Shown here: one piece after another, positions 10,044-18,750 of the stretch | Layout of the letters: each line of letters opens with the position of its first letter | Position numbering within the stretch: the first letter of the stretch is position 1 | Source: an uncultured Eubacteriales bacterium | GTDB taxonomy: Bacteria > Acidobacteriota > Aminicenantia > Aminicenantales > Aminicenantaceae | Direction of reading: 5' to 3' | Length of the DNA stretch: 64,000 nt | NCBI GenBank assembly: GCA_964406575.1 | Contig: CAYOSH010000001.1 | Span: forward strand, 192,727 to 256,726 | Position numbers and translations under genes: made by a program | The notes under the pieces: generated by a model | Told to the model about the DNA's origin: nothing | What the model saw: the letters and a program-made list of their open reading frames with translations, nothing else | Database searches by the model: none

Positions 10044-10241
10044 TTCTTTACTCCTTAAATCTATGTCACAATGGTTAAATACGAGGCTAAAGAAAAAGTG
10101 TTACTTTTTTTAATCCTCCCTCTTGTACGGAGTATGGGGACATGGATCGATGGAGCTGATTTGATAAACATTCTCTTGATATCTCATTATCGGGATGATA
10201 GAAGTTGTAAAGGAACCCAGGTCATTCAAAGGAGTTAGACA

Positions 10242-12263
10242 ATGGGAAAAAGAATCTATTATTCGTGTTTGACCATTCTGATTGTGTGTCTCTGCCTTCA
10301 TGCGGAGACGAAACGTCCGCTGACACCGGAGGACCTCTATCGGATCAAGGAGGTCACGGATCCCCGTGTTTCACCTGACGGGAAATGGATTGCCTTCACC
10401 GTTTCGGTTCCCGATCTAAAGGCCAACGATTTCAACAGTGACATCTGGGTGATGCCACTGGCAGGGGGGGATCCTTTCCAACTGACCAGAAGTCCCGAGT
10501 CAGATCATTCGCCGAGATGGTCTCCTGATGGAAGCCGCATTGCCTTTATTTCGTCGAGGGATGGCGTATCAAATCTTTATCTCATATCTCTCAAAGGCGG
10601 CGAGGCCAAAAAGGTTACAGATTCAAAAACCAGCCTATATTTGCCTATATGGACACGGGATGGAAAACATATTGTATGTGGCTCACGTGTCCTCCCGGAA
10701 GGGAAAACAGATATCGAGAACTGGACCAAAGATGAGCTGCCCAAATGTGAGGCGCGAACGATCAATCGGCTGCTCTTCCGTCAGTGGAAAAGGTGGCTGG
10801 GCGATAAGCGAAATCATGTGTTTCTGGTGACGATCGCCGATGGATCGATGAAGGACCTGACGCCTGGGGATTTCGATACGCCTCCGGTATCCCTGTCCAG
10901 CGACCATGACTTCGATATCTCCCCGGATGGAAAAGAGATATGCTTCGTCAAGAACACAGATCCAATGCTCGCGACAAGCACGAATAACGACCTGTTCATT
11001 GTGGATGTGGCGACTCTGAATGAGAAAAAAATCACACCAAATCCTGCTCTTGACACGCATCCCATTTATTCACCCGACGGCCGGTACATCGCTTACGCGG
11101 CAATGGAAAAAGTGGGGTATGAGGCCGATCGCAAAGTCTTGGCTGTGTATGACAGAACAGAGAGCAGACACGCTCGATTGACGGATTCTCTCGACCGATC
11201 CGTGGAGCAGATTCTCTGGGGCCCAGACAGCCGGAGTCTTTTTTTCACTGTCAGGGAAGAGGGGCGTCGCTCGATCTATGGTGTCGACCTAAAGGGCGTT
11301 GTCCATCAAATTTGCGGCGAGGGGTATAACGGTCCCATCGATGTCAGCCCTGATGGGAAGTCCCTGCTTTGTGTGCGTTCCTACAATTTTATGCCAAACG
11401 AGCTTTTTGTAGTTTCCGTTAAAGAAGGAACAACTGCTCAACTCACTTCTTTGAACGCGGCTTTTCTGAAGGAGTTGGATCTTCCAAAACTCGAAGAATT
11501 TTGGTTTACGGGCGCTGAGAACACCAATGTCCATGGGTTTATTCAAAAACCACCCGGTTATGAAGCGGGAAAAAAATATCCTGTTGTGTTAACCATACAC
11601 GGGGGACCGCAGAATATGTGGGCCGACAGGTTCATGACCACATGGTTCACATTTCAGCTCGTTTGCGCTCCAGGGTATGTCGGCGTCTTCATCAATCCGA
11701 GGGGAAGCTCGGGTTACGGGTCCACATTCCGCGAGCAGGTGAGCCGGGATTATGGCGGCCGCTGTTATAAAGATCTGATGAATGGCATGGATTATGTGCT
11801 TGAGAACTATGATTATGTGGATGACACCCGGTTAGCGGCCATCGGAGGTTCATTCGGCGGCTATTCAGTGAATTGGATCATGGCACACACTGATAGGTTT
11901 AAGTGTATTGTCAGTCATGCCAGCCTTTACAATTTGGTGAGTTTTTATGGGGCAACGGAAGAGTTGTGGTTCCCCGAGTGGGACATGGGGAAGAGCCCTT
12001 GGGCCGAGCCGGAATTGTATGCAAAATGGTCACCTCATGTTCATGCCGAAAAATTCAAGACTCCGACTCTTGTCACACATGGCGAATTGGATTATCGTGT
12101 CCCTTTGACCGAAAGTTTCCAGCTCTTCACTGCGCTTCAGAGACAGGGAATTCCATCACGTCTGGTTGTTTTTCCGGACGAGGGGCATGTGATTTCTGTG
12201 CCCCAGAACAACGTGCGCTGGTGGAGAGAGATCTATCTGTGGTTGGAGAAATATCTCAAGTAA
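10242..12263 (+). CDS. S9-family serine peptidase (prolyl oligopeptidase / acylaminoacyl-peptidase type) with an N-terminal beta-propeller
   Basis: TolB-like repeats ('SPDGKWIAF', 'SPDGSRIAF', 'SPDGRYIAY'). 'IGGSFGGY' is the nucleophile elbow; 'GELDYRV' and 'DEGHV' complete the triad. AAGGAG RBS. Confidence 0.9.
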   Translation: MGKRIYYSCLTILIVCLCLHAETKRPLTPEDLYRIKEVTDPRVSPDGKWIAFTVSVPDLKANDFNSDIWVMPLAGGDPFQLTRSPESDHSPRWSPDGSRIAFISSRDGVSNLYLISLKGGEAKKVTDSKTSLYLPIWTRDGKHIVCGSRVLPEGKTDIENWTKDELPKCEARTINRLLFRQWKRWLGDKRNHVFLVTIADGSMKDLTPGDFDTPPVSLSSDHDFDISPDGKEICFVKNTDPMLATSTNNDLFIVDVATLNEKKITPNPALDTHPIYSPDGRYIAYAAMEKVGYEADRKVLAVYDRTESRHARLTDSLDRSVEQILWGPDSRSLFFTVREEGRRSIYGVDLKGVVHQICGEGYNGPIDVSPDGKSLLCVRSYNFMPNELFVVSVKEGTTAQLTSLNAAFLKELDLPKLEEFWFTGAENTNVHGFIQKPPGYEAGKKYPVVLTIHGGPQNMWADRFMTTWFTFQLVCAPGYVGVFINPRGSSGYGSTFREQVSRDYGGRCYKDLMNGMDYVLENYDYVDDTRLAAIGGSFGGYSVNWIMAHTDRFKCIVSHASLYNLVSFYGATEELWFPEWDMGKSPWAEPELYAKWSPHVHAEKFKTPTLVTHGELDYRVPLTESFQLFTALQRQGIPSRLVVFPDEGHVISVPQNNVRWWREIYLWLEKYLK

Positions 12264-12299
12264 AAAAGGGGCCTATCACCTTTTTCCAGAGGTAAACAG

Positions 12300-12322
12300 A
12301 AAAGGGGACAGTCCCTTTTTTT
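12300..12322 (+). terminator. Intrinsic terminator candidate after the S9 peptidase
   Basis: AAAGGGG-ACAGT-CCCTTT followed by a T-run. A second weaker hairpin lies at 12263-12286. It shares the 15-mer AAAGGGGACAGTCCC with 55432-55446. Confidence 0.55.
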
Positions 12323-12407
12323 ATTTGCGAAAGATATGGGTTGCAACAGCGTTGGATTTATGTCAAATTAAAAAATGCGGATAATTTTAAAAGAGTGGAG
12401 GGAGAGA

Positions 12408-12884
12408 ATGAAAAATCGTCTAGTATTTGGTGTGTTTTTGGTGTTTGCTGTGGGGGCATTGATTTTGCTTCCAACAGCATGTGCCAAGAAAGAGCAGAAG
12501 GCGGAGCAAGAAAAGACGGCCGTTGAAGCAGAACCTGCTGCTAAAGAGGCTGCAGAGGTTGTCTATACCCGGTCGGACCCTGGGGCATGGAGAGGTAAAG
12601 AGGACAGCCATGTTCCTCTGATCGCATATGAAAAAACGGAAACAGGGTTAACGGTCACTGTAACCGTGAATCATGAAATGAATCCGGACAAACCCCATTA
12701 CATCATGGCCATAATGCTCAAGGATGGGGAAGACAATCTGCTCGGGGAAAAGGAATTTCAAGCCACAGATGAGAAAGCCGAGGCAACCTTTGAGCTCACA
12801 ACCATTCCTGCAAAGCTAAAAGCCTATGAAAGATGCAACATCCATGGATTATGGATGGACGAGGTTGACGTAACGACAGAGTGA
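12408..12884 (+). CDS. Superoxide reductase (neelaredoxin / desulfoferrodoxin centre II)-like protein with an N-terminal export signal
   Basis: GGAGGGAG RBS. 'MKNRLVFGVFLVFAVGALILLPTAC' is followed by a K/E/A-rich linker. 'GAWRGKEDSHVPLIAY', 'NHEMNPDKPHYI' and 'CNIHGLWMDEV' align with the His/His/His/Cys/His iron ligands of 1Fe-SOR as I recall them. Confidence 0.7.
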   Translation: MKNRLVFGVFLVFAVGALILLPTACAKKEQKAEQEKTAVEAEPAAKEAAEVVYTRSDPGAWRGKEDSHVPLIAYEKTETGLTVTVTVNHEMNPDKPHYIMAIMLKDGEDNLLGEKEFQATDEKAEATFELTTIPAKLKAYERCNIHGLWMDEVDVTTE

Positions 12885-12898
12885 TCGGATTTACTTTT

Positions 12899-14431
12899 TT
12901 ATTTGCCGAACTGGAAACCCACGTTAAGGATGGCTTTGTCCATGCCGCTGTATTCTTTATCGGTGAGGGGCACGCTGAGACCAAACGTGAGCCGAACAAC
13001 CCGGGAAATATTCAACACACCTTCTAACCCGGGCTCTAAGATGTAAAAAACACCCCCGTAGCGTCCTGTCCCTGAGCCGGCCAGCGCTGTAGCCCGGAAA
13101 TGGAGTTTCTTGGAGGGGGAAAAGTTATAGGCAAAAAAGAGCCCTCCGTAGCCGGGCAGACCGGGGTCAAAATTGGCCTTTCCGTAGCCGGCAAAACCAA
13201 TGGAGAACACGCTGTTAATGGTCACACCGAGACTCCCTCCCATCAGTAAGCCGTAATCGTTATAGACCTCTGTGGATTTGGAGCTGACCTCTCCGAAAAT
13301 CTGGTAATGGGATTTTCCCTGGAGAACGGTATGCTTTTCGATCTGTTCGGCCCTCCGTCCGCGGGGAGTGGTGTATTCGACGTCGGACTCTGCAAACTCA
13401 GATGGAGTCAGTTCGTATTCGGCCCCTTCTTTCAGGTTGATGGTCGATTCGAAAACACCGCCCTCGGGGATATTGATCACACGATATTCACCCTGCTCCA
13501 ACCCCAGCTCGATCTTGCGTCCAGGAGGTTTGGTGAGCTCAACGACCAGTCGGTCCTCTCTGTCATGGATGAATATCTGCCCGAAAATTTCATCACCGAG
13601 AACTAAAATCGCCGAGGCTCTCCGGACATCTGTCATGACCACATCGCCCGTTCCAGACATCTGGATGTCGGTGTACGGGTGCTGGGGTCCGCTTATGGTC
13701 TTTGTCGTCTGCGCCAGCGTCTCATTAAAGGCGAACTGGTAGGCCTCGTTCATTGTCACCCGGCCATCCTGGCTCATGTCTGCCGCGCCACGCATTCCGG
13801 AGATCAGATAATGAGTGAAAAAAGAGCTTTGAATCAGGTCGGATTCCTGAGAGGCCTCGTTGGCAGAGCTCGAAGTCATGACTGCAAAACCCCGCATATC
13901 ATAGGCCGAGTCCATCAGAAAGGGCAGTCGTTTCTTTCCCCCCTTGATCCGGGTGAATGCGCCCGAAGCACAGGAGTCGAGAATGGCGATGCGGACGTCG
14001 GCATCAATGCCGTTGACCGTGTCTCTCAGGTTTTCATACGAGATTTTTTCATGCCCCAACAGGATATAATCTTCATCCGAATGACCGGAATAATAGAAGA
14101 TGAATTCAACCCGGCTGTATTCGGCCTTGGATTTTTCGATTCTCGACTGGAACTTTCCTATCTCCGTGTAGAAAGTCCGCACATCGGGCTCTTCAAGGAG
14201 AAGAATATCATCCTCCTCCACTCCACCAAGTTCTTCAAGTACGTTAAGGATGGCTTGCGCATCGGAGACGGCATAATGAAGACGGACGCGGTCCTTGCCG
14301 CCGCTATTCGCACCTACGGCCATGGCAAACCGTTTGATCACAGTATTGTTCTGTACATGGCCAGGATAGAGTGCTCCTGTACTTAAAAAAAGAGTTGATA
14401 AAATGATTAATATCATATTTTTCGTTTTCAT
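12899..14431 (-). CDS. Caspase-family (peptidase C14) protein, secreted, with beta-sandwich-like and Gly/aromatic-rich C-terminal modules
   Basis: Signal peptide. 'FIFYYSGHS' provides the catalytic His and 'AILDSCASGAF' the catalytic Cys. The start overlaps the upstream stop as ATGA. The C-terminal 240 aa are paralogous to 8408-9271. Confidence 0.85.
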   Translation of the reverse strand: MKTKNMILIILSTLFLSTGALYPGHVQNNTVIKRFAMAVGANSGGKDRVRLHYAVSDAQAILNVLEELGGVEEDDILLLEEPDVRTFYTEIGKFQSRIEKSKAEYSRVEFIFYYSGHSDEDYILLGHEKISYENLRDTVNGIDADVRIAILDSCASGAFTRIKGGKKRLPFLMDSAYDMRGFAVMTSSSANEASQESDLIQSSFFTHYLISGMRGAADMSQDGRVTMNEAYQFAFNETLAQTTKTISGPQHPYTDIQMSGTGDVVMTDVRRASAILVLGDEIFGQIFIHDREDRLVVELTKPPGRKIELGLEQGEYRVINIPEGGVFESTINLKEGAEYELTPSEFAESDVEYTTPRGRRAEQIEKHTVLQGKSHYQIFGEVSSKSTEVYNDYGLLMGGSLGVTINSVFSIGFAGYGKANFDPGLPGYGGLFFAYNFSPSKKLHFRATALAGSGTGRYGGVFYILEPGLEGVLNISRVVRLTFGLSVPLTDKEYSGMDKAILNVGFQFGK

Positions 14432-15246
14432 CTGCGGTCTCCCTTTTTGATCAAAAGAGAATATTGACTGTAAGTGTCGGGCAGATCGAGGGCTGCCGTT
14501 TCAGATCTTTTCGGATCTTTAGCCAGTGTCTTTGCGCTGTTCAGGATCGTTCGGACATCGATCACAGACCTCGATGTGATGAAGAAGAATCGTTCAAAGC
14601 CCGGAGCGTCGTCGAGTTCGTAGGACGTAGGCAGCAACGTTCTTTGAGCTTGGTCTAGGATTGGATCTTCGTCGACAGTCTCAGGATAATGTAGCGTGAC
14701 CACTCCCCTTCCGTCGATGGAAAGAATCACTCCATAGGCATCGCCAACAGGTACATAAGCGATCTGGAGGAGGTCTCCTGCACTGGCTTCATCCCCACTC
14801 TCCAGCAATTCGACGTCATCATCGATTTTGCGGTGAACAAGAATGTGGGGTTTGGACACATCGACTGTTTCGGTCCCTTTGATCCGGTTGCCCTGATGAC
14901 CCTGAATATCATGCGTTGGGCGGCCTCCGGGATTCTGGAAAACGATAAGGACGACGACTAAAGCCGCAGCTAAAACAGGCGTCGCATAGAGCAGGCGTTT
15001 GAGAAGGATCGGTTGTGTGATCCGGCCCCCCTGTTCTGTTTCCAGTCGGGCTTTAATGTGGGGCACTACGGCTCCAGAGGGATATTGTTTCAGGATCTCT
15101 TCATCGGAGCGTTTGAGGACATTGAGTTTCATTCGGAGTTCCGAATCCGTGTCCAAGAATTTTTTTATCTCATCCATTCGCGGTGAGGGAAGCTCGCCCA
15201 GGAGATATCGTTCCAGTTCCCAGTCTTTGACAGGTTCAATTTTCAT
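14428..15246 (-). CDS. Anti-sigma factor-like membrane protein with a periplasmic DUF4384-like domain
   Basis: It overlaps the sigma gene stop by 11 nt. The short N-terminal cytoplasmic segment contains 'WELERYLLGELPSPRMDEIKKFL'. There is a single TM ('LLYATPVLAAALVVVLIVF') and a ~170-aa C-terminal domain. The DUF4384 assignment is from memory. Confidence 0.65.
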   Translation of the reverse strand: MKIEPVKDWELERYLLGELPSPRMDEIKKFLDTDSELRMKLNVLKRSDEEILKQYPSGAVVPHIKARLETEQGGRITQPILLKRLLYATPVLAAALVVVLIVFQNPGGRPTHDIQGHQGNRIKGTETVDVSKPHILVHRKIDDDVELLESGDEASAGDLLQIAYVPVGDAYGVILSIDGRGVVTLHYPETVDEDPILDQAQRTLLPTSYELDDAPGFERFFFITSRSVIDVRTILNSAKTLAKDPKRSETAALDLPDTYSQYSLLIKKGDRR

Positions 15247-15733
15247 TGTAGATCTCCCTTTTGATTTTGATGCGCGCTTTGAGTTCTCTTATTCTCTTGC
15301 GCACACCTGAGAGTGAAAGGCCGACCTCATCGGCAACCTCCTGGAGAGTCATTCCATCCACAAAATGCAGTGTCGCGATTTCCCGGGTCGATTGTTTTTC
15401 TTTCCAGAACAAGCGCTCCAGCATATCCTTGATGATCAATCTGTGTTCCCCCTCGTCGTAAGATGCCAGCTGGATCAGGAGGTCTTCGCTGTCGCTGTCG
15501 ATCGAGCGGTGGTTCTTTTGATCCCGGATCATATTGAGACAGACATTGGTGGAGATCCGGAAAAGCAGACTGGATGGGTAGGTTCCCTTCAAGTTTTTTT
15601 TGCTGATCATCAATTTGGTAAACACCTCCTGCATGGCATCCAATGCTTTTTCTTCGTTGCGGAGCAACTGGCGGCAGCGCCGGAGGACCATCGGTCCGTA
15701 CCGTGTGTAATATTCTTTGATGTTGATCTCCAT
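15236..15733 (-). CDS. ECF-type RNA polymerase sigma-70 family factor
   Basis: Size about 165 aa. Region 2-like 'ALDAMQEVFTKLM...FRISTNVCLNMIRD'. Region 4 HTH 'TLQEVADEVGLSLSGVRKRI'. I chose the ATG at 15733; the longer version to 15790 adds a non-conserved extension. Confidence 0.85.
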   Translation of the reverse strand: MEINIKEYYTRYGPMVLRRCRQLLRNEEKALDAMQEVFTKLMISKKNLKGTYPSSLLFRISTNVCLNMIRDQKNHRSIDSDSEDLLIQLASYDEGEHRLIIKDMLERLFWKEKQSTREIATLHFVDGMTLQEVADEVGLSLSGVRKRIRELKARIKIKREIYNEN

Positions 15734-15820
15734 GTTCTCTGTTCCCGAAATGTGTGATCCATTTTCGACCTTTCCCTTGATGGAACACATCTGAAGGCCG
15801 AAAACGTCACTTTGTTATCA

Positions 15821-15848
15821 AATTAAGTCGTCCAAATTTTCTGGTCAA
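15821..15848 (-). promoter_or_regulatory. Sigma-70-like promoter candidate for the sigma / anti-sigma / caspase operon
   Basis: The minus strand reads TTGACC - 16 nt - TTAATT, about 90 nt upstream of the 15733 start. Confidence 0.3.
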
Positions 15849-15993
15849 TGCCCTTCAAATTTTTATAACCAATACAATAATATACGATATTGATAGTAGG
15901 AAGTTGGAAAAAACAGGAAGGGTCATCCTCAAAAGATGGAGCTCTAGCTGATTTTGAGCCTCAGTTGTTTGCGAAATAAGAATCAATTCAGGA

Positions 15994-17604
15994 TCAGCGC
16001 CATTTGACCTCGAGGTTGTGTTCTCCACGGCTTTTGATCTCTGGGTGAAGGTCGAGCTCAAGCATTTCCGGTCTGCTGCCCAGTTCCATTGCGGTCAAAT
16101 AGACCAGGCGAGTAACCTTTTCCATTTTCACAAAATCGGCCCTATCAACCGTGTCGGTTTCCTGGTGATAATCCTCTGTGGTCCCGCAAAAGAACCAGAC
16201 CGCAGGAATGCCGTACTGAATGTAAGGGTACTGGTCGCTGCGGAAAAAGAAGTTCTCCGGGTGTTTGGGGTCTTCATACGTATAGTCTAAGTTCATGTGG
16301 ATGTATTTCTCATTCACCTTATGGATGGAGGCATCCAGCTTAGAGCTCAATTTATTCGATCCGATGAGGTAGATGCTGTTCGGGTCATTCCGGCACAGCA
16401 TGTCCATGTTGAGCTCCGCGCTCACCTTCTCTACGGGCACTGGGCTGTTCTCTACAAAATAGCGCGACCCCCAGAGGCCCTTTTCTTCAGCCGTGTGCCA
16501 GATCAGGATCACCGAGCGTTTAGGTCTGTTAATGGTGAGGGCTTGGGCAATCTCGAGCATAGCCACAGTGCCAGAACCATTGTCATCCGCTCCGTTGAAT
16601 ATCTTTCCTTCTCGAGCGCCAAGATGATCATGGTGGGAGCCGAAAAGGATATATTCATCCTTGAGGTGTTCATCTGTACCTTCGAGCCAGGCGATTACAT
16701 TGGAGGTGAAGTCATTTTGTGAGTTGACTGCGATGGTGATCTCGAGTTTTCGTCCTGGCAGATCACGGGCAGGTATCTGTTCCCCTTCTTTGATCGCTGT
16801 AAACATCTCCTGAAGTTCGTCTAGAGAAATCCCCAAAAGTTCACAGGCCATAGAATGCCGGATGTCTGCGAGCAGATAGGATTGGCCTTGGGGTGCAATC
16901 CAGGCTGTCTTCAGGTCTTTGGCAAGCTGTGCCCGGCCGGTCGTGTCGAAAAGATATGTCTTTTCAGTAAAATTCTTTTCCCTCTCTTCGCTGACTACAC
17001 TCAGTACGGCTGCGGCGCCCTTCTGGCCGAGGGCGCGGCTTCTGCGCCTGAGGAGTCTCCGGTTTTCGGAGGTTTGAAGGCGATGGGCCTCAGGGAGATC
17101 GACATCGAGCAGGACGACGATCTTGTCTTTGACGTCGATGCTGCTGAGATCATCCCAGCCCTGATCCGGGACCGACAGGCCTAAGCCAGCAAAGGCAAGA
17201 TCTCCTGAAATGCGGACATCCTGATACGTTCGGTCAGTGATGCCGAAATCATGTGAAAAGGAAAAACTCTGACTCCCTGTTTTTGAGATCAATCGCATGC
17301 GGGATTGCGTGGGATCTATGGTCCTTACCACCAGAGGAATGTTCTGGAAATAGGATCCAGCCGGCATAATGGGCTCCAGGCCGTAGCTCTCCACCATTGT
17401 GGCGATGTATCGCGAGGTGATCTTTAATTCGGGTGATGGCGCGTTCCGGCCCTTGAATTCATCCGCAGCCAGAAACTTGAGGTGCACTTTTAATTCCTCA
17501 GCCGTGATGGATTCGACTGCTTTCTGTTGTGTGTTTTGTTTTGATATGCAGCCAAACAAGAGTGCTGCCCAAAAAAGAATGAACACCCATCGGATTTTTT
17601 TCAT
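15994..17604 (-). CDS. M28-family aminopeptidase lipoprotein
   Basis: AGGAGA RBS. The lipobox-like 'LLFGC' is present. 'GADDNGSGTVAMLEIAQAL' and 'HTAEEKGLWGSRYFV' are M28 blocks. Confidence 0.85.
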   Translation of the reverse strand: MKKIRWVFILFWAALLFGCISKQNTQQKAVESITAEELKVHLKFLAADEFKGRNAPSPELKITSRYIATMVESYGLEPIMPAGSYFQNIPLVVRTIDPTQSRMRLISKTGSQSFSFSHDFGITDRTYQDVRISGDLAFAGLGLSVPDQGWDDLSSIDVKDKIVVLLDVDLPEAHRLQTSENRRLLRRRSRALGQKGAAAVLSVVSEEREKNFTEKTYLFDTTGRAQLAKDLKTAWIAPQGQSYLLADIRHSMACELLGISLDELQEMFTAIKEGEQIPARDLPGRKLEITIAVNSQNDFTSNVIAWLEGTDEHLKDEYILFGSHHDHLGAREGKIFNGADDNGSGTVAMLEIAQALTINRPKRSVILIWHTAEEKGLWGSRYFVENSPVPVEKVSAELNMDMLCRNDPNSIYLIGSNKLSSKLDASIHKVNEKYIHMNLDYTYEDPKHPENFFFRSDQYPYIQYGIPAVWFFCGTTEDYHQETDTVDRADFVKMEKVTRLVYLTAMELGSRPEMLELDLHPEIKSRGEHNLEVKWR

Positions 17605-17796
17605 TGAAATTTATTCTCCTAAAGTCCAGTTTTCCTGTCTATATCACAGCTAAAATGGGAAGTCAAAATCTCCTCAACACTCGTACGCTTCTCCAAAACG
17701 GTGGGGACTTAAATCACTTTGCTTTATTTGGTGTTCCAATTGTGTGGTGCAGAAAACCGTGTGAAGGAATGGGCGGACATAATCCTTCTTTTGTAA

Positions 17797-17833
17797 GTTC
17801 CGTTCCCCGAACGGACCGTTTGGTGAACGGAAC
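17797..17833. repeat. Palindromic element (GTCCG...CGGAC family), copy A
   Basis: GTTCCGTTC-CCC-GAACGGACCGTTTGGTGAACGGAAC. The inner palindrome is TCCGTTC/GAACGGA (7-3-7), with an alternative outer pairing GTTCCGTTC/GAACGGAAC. About 30/36 positions are identical to 47338-47376. Confidence 0.6.
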
Positions 17834-17895
17834 TCATATCGGTCAGCGTGGGGAGCTGAACCTACAACGGGCCGTGCGGAAAAAGGTCCTTATAT

Positions 17896-18330
17896 CTAAA
17901 GCGGAGAGAGAAAACCAATTTTTTGCAGAAGGTTTCGGGTGCTCTCTGGCATTGGAAGGTGTTCCAGTTCAGCGGAAGAGAACCACCGGGCATCCAAGGC
18001 GTCATCAGCGGGCTGGAGATCTCCGCTTATGTAATCTGCGGAGAGATCCACGATGACATAGTGGAAGCGGACAGCGCCTTTCTCATCCCGCTCGATCAGA
18101 TCAAAAGTGTAAACGGGTTCCTTGGCCCTTATGGTCAAGCCCGTCTCTTCGCGGATCTCTCTTTCGGTCGCTTCCTGTAGGGTCTCTCCGGGTTCCACCG
18201 AACCGCCTGGAATTGCCCATAGGTTCTTGTGAGGGGCTTTGTTGCGTTTGACGAGCAGGATCTTTTCATCGTTGATGACTATAGCACCCACTGCCACTTG
18301 GGGAGCTTCGAATGATTGGGGAGCAGTCAT
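17896..18330 (-). CDS. NUDIX hydrolase
   Basis: Nudix box 'GGSVEPGETLQEATEREIREETGL'. Confidence 0.9.
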   Translation of the reverse strand: MTAPQSFEAPQVAVGAIVINDEKILLVKRNKAPHKNLWAIPGGSVEPGETLQEATEREIREETGLTIRAKEPVYTFDLIERDEKGAVRFHYVIVDLSADYISGDLQPADDALDARWFSSAELEHLPMPESTRNLLQKIGFLSPL

Positions 18331-18384
18331 GATTAAAAATCCTTTTGGAATGCTCGATGTATTTGAATGTCCACACGTTCAAAA

Positions 18385-18750
18385 CTATAAACAAAGGGAC
18401 GTGGAAAAGCAATGATAGGAGGATTGGCCCTTGAATTCCGAGTCTCTAAGCAGCATGCCGAACTCAGGGACAGCCGCAGAGAATTTGAAATTTTCGAGTG
18501 TTTTGGCGAGAGCAATGTTTGTATCTGCCAGAGGCATCTCGATGAGCAGGCTTTTCTCCCCGCCGGGTTTTTTGTACCGCAATTTGACGATCAAAATCTC
18601 TTTGCTCTTGTAAGCCTTGGGATCTATCTTGACCACCTGGTATTTGAGGTCGCCCACAACCGGGACCTCTTCCTCACTCCCGCACAGGGGATGACTTCAT
18701 AAAGGGCAGTAACTGTGTGACCTGGCGCGTTTGTTCTTCCAGCATCTCTG
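18385..18750 (-). pseudogene. Internal fragment of a VWA/YfbK-like gene, a truncated and frameshifted copy of part of 35747-37681
   Basis: The two short ORFs 18385-18657 and 18624-18854 lie in different frames. 69/80 aa are identical to 'GDLKYQMVKIDPKAYKSKEIL...RDSEFKGESSY' of the intact gene. 'GHTVTALYEVIP' is found in the other frame. A 2-nt indel relative to the parent lies near 18680. Both ends of the gene are missing. Confidence 0.75.

Noticed and set aside
15734-15790. A longer start for the ECF sigma factor ('MCSIKGKVENGSHISGTEN').
   Set aside because: The extension has no counterpart in sigma-70-family N-termini, and the internal ATG at 15733 gives a typical ECF length. The choice remains uncertain, but it does not affect the call.
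15791-15993. An ECF-type autoregulatory promoter (GGAAC-N16/17-CGT-like) upstream of the sigma gene.
   Set aside because: I found only poorly spaced candidates, for example TGGAC with CGTT 23 nt later. A sigma-70-like TTGACC-16-TTAATT fits better. The absence of an ECF promoter cannot be concluded without knowing this ECF group's consensus.
17604-18056. A 150-aa plus-strand ORF spanning the M28/NUDIX intergenic region.
   Set aside because: It runs through the palindromic element and then antisense into the NUDIX gene. It has no RBS and its translation is not protein-like.
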